In this document: one piece after another, positions 30,068 through 37,100 of the stretch
How the letters are laid out: each line of letters starts with the position of its first letter
How positions within the stretch are numbered: position 1 is the stretch's first letter
Origin: an uncultured Chloroflexota bacterium
GTDB taxonomy: Bacteria > Chloroflexota > UBA11872 > UBA12225
NCBI GenBank assembly: GCA_902805635.1
Contig: CADCTC010000204.1
Location: forward strand, 10,903-74,902
DNA length: 64,000 bases
Reading direction: 5' to 3'
The notes under the pieces: generated by a model
What the model saw: the letters and a program-made list of their open reading frames with translations, nothing else
Databases searched by the model: none
Told to the model about the DNA's origin: nothing
Position numbers and translations under genes: made by a program

Positions 30068-30890
30068 AGAAGCGAAGCTCGATGTAATAGCGACTCGACG
30101 CCGGCCGTCCACTGACGAGCGGGACCGGCACGTCGGCAAGGTTGTCGGATGTCCAACGACCGGCGGACCACCGTAAGCTGGCGCCGCGATCCTGACGATC
30201 GGGGTCGTCCTGGCCACCGCAGAACCGTGCGGGTGGCCCCGCTACCCCCTCGCGCCGGAGCTCGACCACCAGCGGCGCCTGGCGCTCCACCACATCACGC
30301 GTGACGGGCAGGTTGTACCAGCCGGCGGCGCCGGGAGGTCCCTTGCGCTCGAGCGCCGCCAGTGGGACCGGCTCGGCGCCGTTCAGCGCGATGACCACGC
30401 CCGCCTCTGGAGAGATCACGTCGGGGCTACACACGGCGATGGCGGCGCGCTGTGCGCTGCGCCAGGCACGCTCCCACTCGCGGTCCCCTGCGGCCGACAG
30501 CGGTAGCTCGCGCCGGATGGCGTCGCCGGGCGCGGAGAGGGAGACTGTCCAGCCCACGACAAGCGGCAGGGGCAGCGTGCCCACGCCGAGTTGCTGCGCA
30601 CCGGTAGCCGCGACGACGAGCACCGCGGCTGCAATTGCGGTTCGAGCTCCGGCGAGGCGCGTGATCAGCGCAAGGCCGGTAGGCCACAACAAGGCAGCGA
30701 AGAACAGCGTGGCCCAGAAACGTGGCCATGGCTTGATCCCGGGTTCCACCAGCAGCGTCCCGCCAAGGGCACACAGCGCGACAGCGGCGGTGGCGCCAAG
30801 GCCGATAACCAGGCCACTCGTGGTGGAAGTGCGGAAGGGATTCTTCGCTTCACCCATAGTGACCGGCACCCGCGGTCGTCTTAACGCCAT
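30027..30890 (-). CDS. Family B protein (paralogue 2)
   Basis: WYNLPVTRDVVER / VVELRR / GRWTS / RYYIELR are present. GGGAG lies 4 nt upstream of ATG 30890. Confidence 0.65.
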   Translation of the reverse strand: MALRRPRVPVTMGEAKNPFRTSTTSGLVIGLGATAAVALCALGGTLLVEPGIKPWPRFWATLFFAALLWPTGLALITRLAGARTAIAAAVLVVAATGAQQLGVGTLPLPLVVGWTVSLSAPGDAIRRELPLSAAGDREWERAWRSAQRAAIAVCSPDVISPEAGVVIALNGAEPVPLAALERKGPPGAAGWYNLPVTRDVVERQAPLVVELRREGVAGPPARFCGGQDDPDRQDRGASLRWSAGRWTSDNLADVPVPLVSGRPASSRYYIELRFYDANGLPHAGIWY

Positions 30891-32203
30891 GACGCTCCCA
30901 TCGACTCGTGGAAGCGAGTAATCAACAAGGTATCGCCGAGCAGGTCGAGGTTGCTGGTGAAGACGACGCTAGCGAGGGCCGCGACGGTGACGGCGAGGGA
31001 GACAGGGTGTATGCGCGCTGGCCGGCCAACTCCTTCAGGGTCGGGGGAGGTGGCAAGCCTCAGGCAGCGAACAACCAAGTCGCCGAGGGTAAGAGCGCCA
31101 CGAGCTGCCATCACGTAGACGGCGGGGTACATGTAGAACGCGGCGCGCGGGAGGGGGATGAGGGAGAGGATGACGATAGCGGGGAGCAGGCCGGCCATGA
31201 AGAAGGCAAGCGCCCAGCTGCGATCCCGCGGCGGACTGGCGAGGAAGCCAATGGCGGCGAGCGCCCACCAGGGGTAAGGAAAGGCACTGGCGAGCGTGCC
31301 GCGGATCGCGGCGGCACCCGCCACCGGGCCGCCGCGCAGGTACGTCAGCACGTCGGAGGGCGGGCGGCGAAGGTTGGTGAGCCATGCGGCGATTGAGCTA
31401 CCGACGGCGGAGCTGTTGTCGGTGGTGAAGCCCAGACCGACCACACTTTGGCCGTAGACCTCCCACGTGGCTGAGATGGCAAGTGTGACCACGGACGCGG
31501 CGAGCAGGTAGCGCCAGGGCACGCGGCGCAGCCCGTAGACCCACCAGAACAGCAGCAGCGGGATATGGGCAAAGTAGATGGTGGAGGCGACGCCGGCAGC
31601 CCAGCCGAGCAGCAGCCAGCCGCGCACCCCTGCCCTCTCGTCGAAGGCCCCCAGCCACTCGGAGAGCGCCAGGACGAGGAAGAACGTGGCGTACGCGGCC
31701 AGGTAGGACATCGGCACGCCGGCCATGAAGATGAAGCCATTCCCCGCGGCGACCAGGAACGAGGTGGCGCACGCCAGGCGGACGTCTCCCCAGCGGCGGC
31801 GCACGAACCAGAAGCACGCCGCCGCTGCGGCCCACCAGAAGAGCCAGTTGAGCAGCAGGAATCCGGTGTAGGGGCCGGCCCACGGCACGACTAGGGAGGA
31901 GAGATACGCATACGCGGCGCGGCGGTCGAGGATGCCGCTGCCTTCGGGACCACGACTGCCCAGGAACATGGCGGTCAGCGTGAGAATGCCGTTGGCGTCG
32001 TGCAGCACGGGCACAGTACCGACCCAGGTGACGTAGCCGTCTCCCGGCAGGAGCTCGCTGACGCTGGACGCCGGCCGGCTGCTGACCAGGAAGGGGTTGC
32101 GGGCGCCGCTGTGGGTGACCAGCTCCAGCGCGCAGACCGCGGCAAGGACCAGCAACCAGAGCGCGTGGAATCGCCGGCCGGCCGGAAGAGTGGAGCGGAT
32201 CAC
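30881..32203 (-). CDS. Family A polytopic membrane protein (paralogue 2)
   Basis: It aligns along its length with 27110..28462 (ARNPF, FPYPWWALAAIGF, RAAFYMYPAVY). The GTG start at 32203 overlaps the upstream stop (GTGA). The longer track ORF overlaps the preceding gene. Confidence 0.7.
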   Translation of the reverse strand: MIRSTLPAGRRFHALWLLVLAAVCALELVTHSGARNPFLVSSRPASSVSELLPGDGYVTWVGTVPVLHDANGILTLTAMFLGSRGPEGSGILDRRAAYAYLSSLVVPWAGPYTGFLLLNWLFWWAAAAACFWFVRRRWGDVRLACATSFLVAAGNGFIFMAGVPMSYLAAYATFFLVLALSEWLGAFDERAGVRGWLLLGWAAGVASTIYFAHIPLLLFWWVYGLRRVPWRYLLAASVVTLAISATWEVYGQSVVGLGFTTDNSSAVGSSIAAWLTNLRRPPSDVLTYLRGGPVAGAAAIRGTLASAFPYPWWALAAIGFLASPPRDRSWALAFFMAGLLPAIVILSLIPLPRAAFYMYPAVYVMAARGALTLGDLVVRCLRLATSPDPEGVGRPARIHPVSLAVTVAALASVVFTSNLDLLGDTLLITRFHESMGASWR

Positions 32204-33147
32204 GTGCCCTGGTTCAGCGCGAGCGAGGCGGTGTAGCTGGCAGTTTCGAGGCGGAGCCGGCCGCCGTGCTGCGGATCCGTCTTCGGCTCGCCGAGGCGCA
32301 CCTGGGTGAGCTCCTCTCGTTGCGGCGCTCGCCAGATCACCTGCCCATCGATTGCCAGCACGATCTCGCGAGTGTCGCGCGTGACCTGCCAATCGTGAGC
32401 CCGGCCATCGCTCCCGGCGGGATGGCGCAGCTCAAAGCCGCGGGCGGCGTTGCGCTCATCCGGATAGGTGACGTGAACGCCATAGTCGACCAGCTGGATC
32501 AGCAGGCGACGCGCCTCGAACACGACGTAGAAGGGGTGAGTTCGCGTGGCGGCGGCCCGCCACGCGACCCGTTCAACGCGCGGAAGCTCCAGCAGGCCGA
32601 CCGGAAGCAGCCAGTTGCGGTGCGGACTCGGCCACTCTCCCAGGCGCGCGACAGCATACGCGGCACCGCCGGGCGGACTGTCCAACACCAGTGCGCGACC
32701 CTCCACGCGAGCTGTACCGCCGCTGCGCGTCTCCAATTCCCAGTCCCGGCGCAATGACGCATCGTCGGCGAAGGTGGCATCGAGCGCAATCACGGGACCA
32801 CCGCGTGTGATTGGGTTCGCTATGCGGGCGTAGTGGACCGCGTCGCTCACCAGCAGGGTGACCGCCGCACATACGAGTGGCAGGCGGCTGCCGGCACCCG
32901 CCTGCGCGCGGATAAGACCCCACACGGCCACTGAGGCGGCACCGCCCAACAGGCTGAGTCGCGCAGCGCGCCCCCATGGCCCGTCGGCAACGGGATCCCA
33001 GGTCAGCAGGCGTAGGGCCACTGCAGCGACAGCCAGCGCCAGCAGCAAGGCAATGCGACGCCGCTCGTCCTGGTCAGCAAGGATGCGCGCTAACGAGGGT
33101 CGGATGCCAGGCGTCGTCGGAGCGGCAAGACTGGCTGGAGGGTGCAT
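32200..33147 (-). CDS. Family C protein (paralogue 1): 3-TM anchor plus a beta-sandwich (ConA/LamG-like?) domain of about 200 aa, unknown function
   Basis: It aligns end to end with 33168..34151 and 43781..44683 (LTWD.VADGP, H.....ANPITRG, LLIQ.V.YG.H.TYPDERN, DW...RD.R.I...IDG...W, VRLGE.K.D..HGG). Confidence 0.7.
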   Translation of the reverse strand: MHPPASLAAPTTPGIRPSLARILADQDERRRIALLLALAVAAVALRLLTWDPVADGPWGRAARLSLLGGAASVAVWGLIRAQAGAGSRLPLVCAAVTLLVSDAVHYARIANPITRGGPVIALDATFADDASLRRDWELETRSGGTARVEGRALVLDSPPGGAAYAVARLGEWPSPHRNWLLPVGLLELPRVERVAWRAAATRTHPFYVVFEARRLLIQLVDYGVHVTYPDERNAARGFELRHPAGSDGRAHDWQVTRDTREIVLAIDGQVIWRAPQREELTQVRLGEPKTDPQHGGRLRLETASYTASLALNQGT

Positions 33148-33167
33148 GGCAGGCGGACGCCCGGCGC

Positions 33168-34151
33168 CTAGCGTTCGAGCGTGACGCGGTAAGAGACAGA
33201 CTCTACGCGCATCGAGCCGCCGTGCTCCCGGTCGTTCTTGGTTTCGCCCAGCCGCACCTGGTTGAGCTCGCCGCGTTGCGGGGCAGCCCAGACCTGGCGC
33301 CCGTCAATACTGACGGCAATCTGACGGCTGTCGCGCACGATGCGCCAGTCGTGCGCCTGACCATCGGCGCCAACGGGGTGCTGGACCTCGTGCCCGCGCA
33401 GCTGGTTGCGCTCATCCGGGTAAGTGATGTGGATGCCATAGCCGACCGCCTGGATCAGCAGGGTTGGTACATCGACCACGACGTAGTAGGGCTGGGTGCG
33501 CTGCACGGTCGCGCGCCAGGCGAGCTGCTCCACACGCGGGCGCTCTGCGAGACCTACGGGCAGCCACCACTGCGTCGCGATGTCCGGCACCGGCTGCAGT
33601 CTAGCGCGCAAGTAGGCGACGGCGCTGGGCGGGCTGGTCAATACCGCGGCGGGTCCGTCGAACCGTACCTGGCCACCGCCACTCATCTCCATCTCCCAGC
33701 TCCTGCGCGCCGACTCGTCGGCAAACGAGCCAGCCACCTCGCGGATGGGCGCGCCGCGCGTGATCGGGTTAGCAAGCCGCACATAGTGGATCGCGTCCCC
33801 GGCGAGAAGCACCACCAGTGCAGACGCGAGTGGTACCCAGCTGCCACGAGCCGTCTGCAGCCTGACGAGGAACCAGATCACGACCACCGTGGCGCCGGCA
33901 AACAGGGCCACCTTCACAAACCGGCCTCGCGGGCCATCGGCGACCAGGTCCCACGTTAGTACGCGCAGCGCGAGGCTCACGACGATCACAGCGGCCAGGA
34001 TCGCCAGGAAGCGCCAGTCGCTGGGGGAGACGTACTCGTCCAGGCGTTCTCGCCACGAGCGGCGCCGCTCGTGAACCGGTATAGCGCCCGCGATACCGGC
34101 GGCATCTCCCTCTGCAGGGAGCGCTGCGCCTTCCGCCATCTGTCCGGCCAT
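33168..34151 (-). CDS. Family C protein (paralogue 2)
   Basis: It has the same architecture and motifs. ATG 34151 lies 1 nt after the TAA of the giant gene, with GGAGG upstream. Confidence 0.7.
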   Translation of the reverse strand: MAGQMAEGAALPAEGDAAGIAGAIPVHERRRSWRERLDEYVSPSDWRFLAILAAVIVVSLALRVLTWDLVADGPRGRFVKVALFAGATVVVIWFLVRLQTARGSWVPLASALVVLLAGDAIHYVRLANPITRGAPIREVAGSFADESARRSWEMEMSGGGQVRFDGPAAVLTSPPSAVAYLRARLQPVPDIATQWWLPVGLAERPRVEQLAWRATVQRTQPYYVVVDVPTLLIQAVGYGIHITYPDERNQLRGHEVQHPVGADGQAHDWRIVRDSRQIAVSIDGRQVWAAPQRGELNQVRLGETKNDREHGGSMRVESVSYRVTLER

Positions 34152-34152
34152 G

Positions 34153-37100
34153 TTAGAAGGTACCTCCAGAGACGTCTGCGGCGATAGCCGGCGCACCCCC
34201 GGCGCCGCTCAGTGAGTGACCACGCCGCACGCGCGACGCCAGCCACAGCGGCACCGCGCATACCGCATACGCCGCGGCGAGCACGGCGTAGGGCAGCGCA
34301 TGGTGAGCGTAGCGCGGCGCGAAGACCCACGGGTTGGGCACGCCGGCCATGAACGCGTAGAACGGCGCCAGGCTGGCCACCACCACGAACGGGATCAGCC
34401 AGCGGCGCGTGGCCAGCAGCAGCGCCGTGCCGGCAATGAAGAGCCACAATGCCACCGGCCGGCCGCCGATGACGAGCTGGTCGCGGAACAAGATGTCCGG
34501 AAAGATGCGAATGAAGCCGCGCACGCTGTATTCCACGAAGGTGGTGATGGAGTGATACCCAAAGAAGTAGGTCATCGGAGAGATGGAGGGGCCGGCTGCC
34601 CAATCGGCCGCGTACGCTTCCTGACTGGGAAAGCCGGGAGTGCCCATGCGTTCCGGGAACTCGAGATTCCGGTTCACCGTGGCGCCATAGGTGCCCGGAT
34701 AGAACGGGTCGAGCCGGGTGAAGGCATACCCCGCGTACATGGGGCCAGCGAGCACGCCCGTGACCAGCACCGCGGCGACCCAGGCACGCCAGTCCCAGCG
34801 TAAGGCGAGCGCGCCTAAGGTCATCACCAATCCCGCCAGCACCAGCATGTCCGCGCGCACCAGGATCAGACCACCGGCGCACGTCCCGACCAGCGCGATA
34901 CGCCACGGGCGCGGTGAATCGCCCGGCCGGGCATCCACGAAGATGGCAGAGACGAGGCCGAGGAAGAAGATCGCCACCAGCTCTTCGCGCAGCCCGGCCA
35001 CCCCGTTGGCGATCTGCGCCGGGTTCAGCGCGTAGAGCAGGCCACCGGCGAGTCCGGCCAGTGGGTGCAGCACGCGCCAGCCCAACCAGCAGGTGAGCGC
35101 CGCGAGCGCGACCGAGAGGCCGAGCGACGCGAGCCGGGTGTGAAAAGCGGACACGCCCAACACGTTGTAGACCAGCCGCAGCGCGAACGGCCAACCCGGC
35201 TCGCGCCCCATGTGGTCGGCGGCGTAGAACGCCGCGGCGGCGCTGACATGGCCATCGAAACCAGACTCGTAGGCGGCTTCCAGGAGCGGCGAGGGCCGCG
35301 CCAGCCGGTAGCGCGACATCTTCTCCGGCACGCCCGCCGCGATCGCCTGGTAGTCACGCGCATCGGGCACCAGAAACTGGTAACGCACCTGCATCAACTG
35401 CTGCCAGCGCGCATCGGTCGCGACCGCGGCCACCACCAGGCAGGCAACAAGGAGCCAGGCACGTCCGTACCGCCGTGCCTGCCCCATACCGCCAGCAGCG
35501 CCTTCGCCCCGGGACGCGCTGACGCTCCCCGCATCGCCTCGACGCAGCGCGGCCCATGCTGCGACCGACGCGGCGACGGTGATGATCAGCCCGGCGGCGA
35601 GACGGGCGGCGCGCAGCGCGTAATCCGCGTCTGGCGAGTTGTGCAGGTCCAGGAGAAGGGACGTGTCCAGTACGGCGCCCATCCGCGCGGTAGGAGCGGC
35701 CGGAGCAGCCAGCGCTGCCAGGCGCGCGACTCCGGCGACCAGGACACCCGCCACCAACCCGCTCGGTCCGGCGAACGACGCTCGCCCCGCACCGCGCGCC
35801 AGCGCGTGCACTATCGCCGCCGCGACCGCAGCGTACGCGACGATGGGAAATGTGGCGTGCGGCACGGTGCCCTCGTCCGTCACCACGCTCACCAGGAACG
35901 AGGGCAGGACGGTCACCTCGCCCGTGGTGGTGTTGGAGGCCGAAAAGCGCAGGCGGTAGACAGTTTCAGTCCCTAACAGCGGCGTCAGGTCGAGCATCTG
36001 TCCGCCCGCGATTTCGCCGAGTGAGGCGTCTCTTAGCACCGGCACAAACGGCGCGCCCTCACCGGCTGCGACTTCGAGCGCGTTGGGGAACGATTCGTCG
36101 GAGAGCGTCTCTCCGGACTCGGCGAGCCTGCGGTTGTAGAACTCCGCCTTGAGCAGGACCACCGAGCGCGGCGGCCGGTCCAGGCGAGTGACGATGCTGC
36201 CGGAGGCGCCGGGAGCCAGCGTCAGGCCGCGGAGCCCAAGACCAAACCCACTGCGCTGCTCCTGGCGAGCGTCTTCGGTCAGAGAGTAATTGAAAAAAGA
36301 ACGGTACAAGTCATGCGCCTGGGCGTCGGGCGCCGCGGCCGTGCCCCATCCGCGCATCGCATCCGGAAACACTGCGGCCGCCACAGCCGCGGCGGCAAGT
36401 GCTGTGCCGGCCAAGGAGGCGCCTGATGGAAGCCACCTCGCGAGTAACGGCGCGGCGCCTCGCCACCACCGGGCAAGCTGCTGCGGCAGACTCTGGCCGC
36501 GCCCGTCAATTCGCAGCACGAGCGCGCCGATCGCAATGCACGCCAACGCCATCGGCGTACCGGGGAAGAGCACCAATTGCATGCCGAATAGCGCGGCGGC
36601 GCGGGACGCGGCAGCCGGCGTTACAACGCCTGCCACCATGGCCAGTGAGGCGTAGCCGAGCCCCACTGCCAAGAGTGCCGGAAGAGAAGGACCGACGCCA
36701 CGGAGCAGGGAACGGTAGGCACGGTTGGCGGCACCGGGACTCACCGCGTTGGCGGCCAGCGCTAGGAGCAGCACACCAGCGGTCAGAGACACCAGCCAGG
36801 CGCGCCAGAAGCCGGCGAGCCAGAGGGGCGGCGCCGCCAGCCGTGTCGCCCCGGCGGGCTCGATGGCCAGCGCGACCGCCAGCGCCCCCGCGAAGATTAC
36901 ACCGATGGGAATGGACCGGCGCGGACCGCCGAGCCGCGACAAGAACCGGAGGGGCAGCGCCGCAGCAAGTCGGGGCCGTGCGGCAGCTACACGGTGGAGC
37001 ACCAGGAGCGGTAGCGCGCCTAAGCCATACCCGGCGATCAGTTCTGTGTACGGCAGGACGTGATGGGCGTAGCGCGGCACGAACATCGGCCCCGGGGCAC

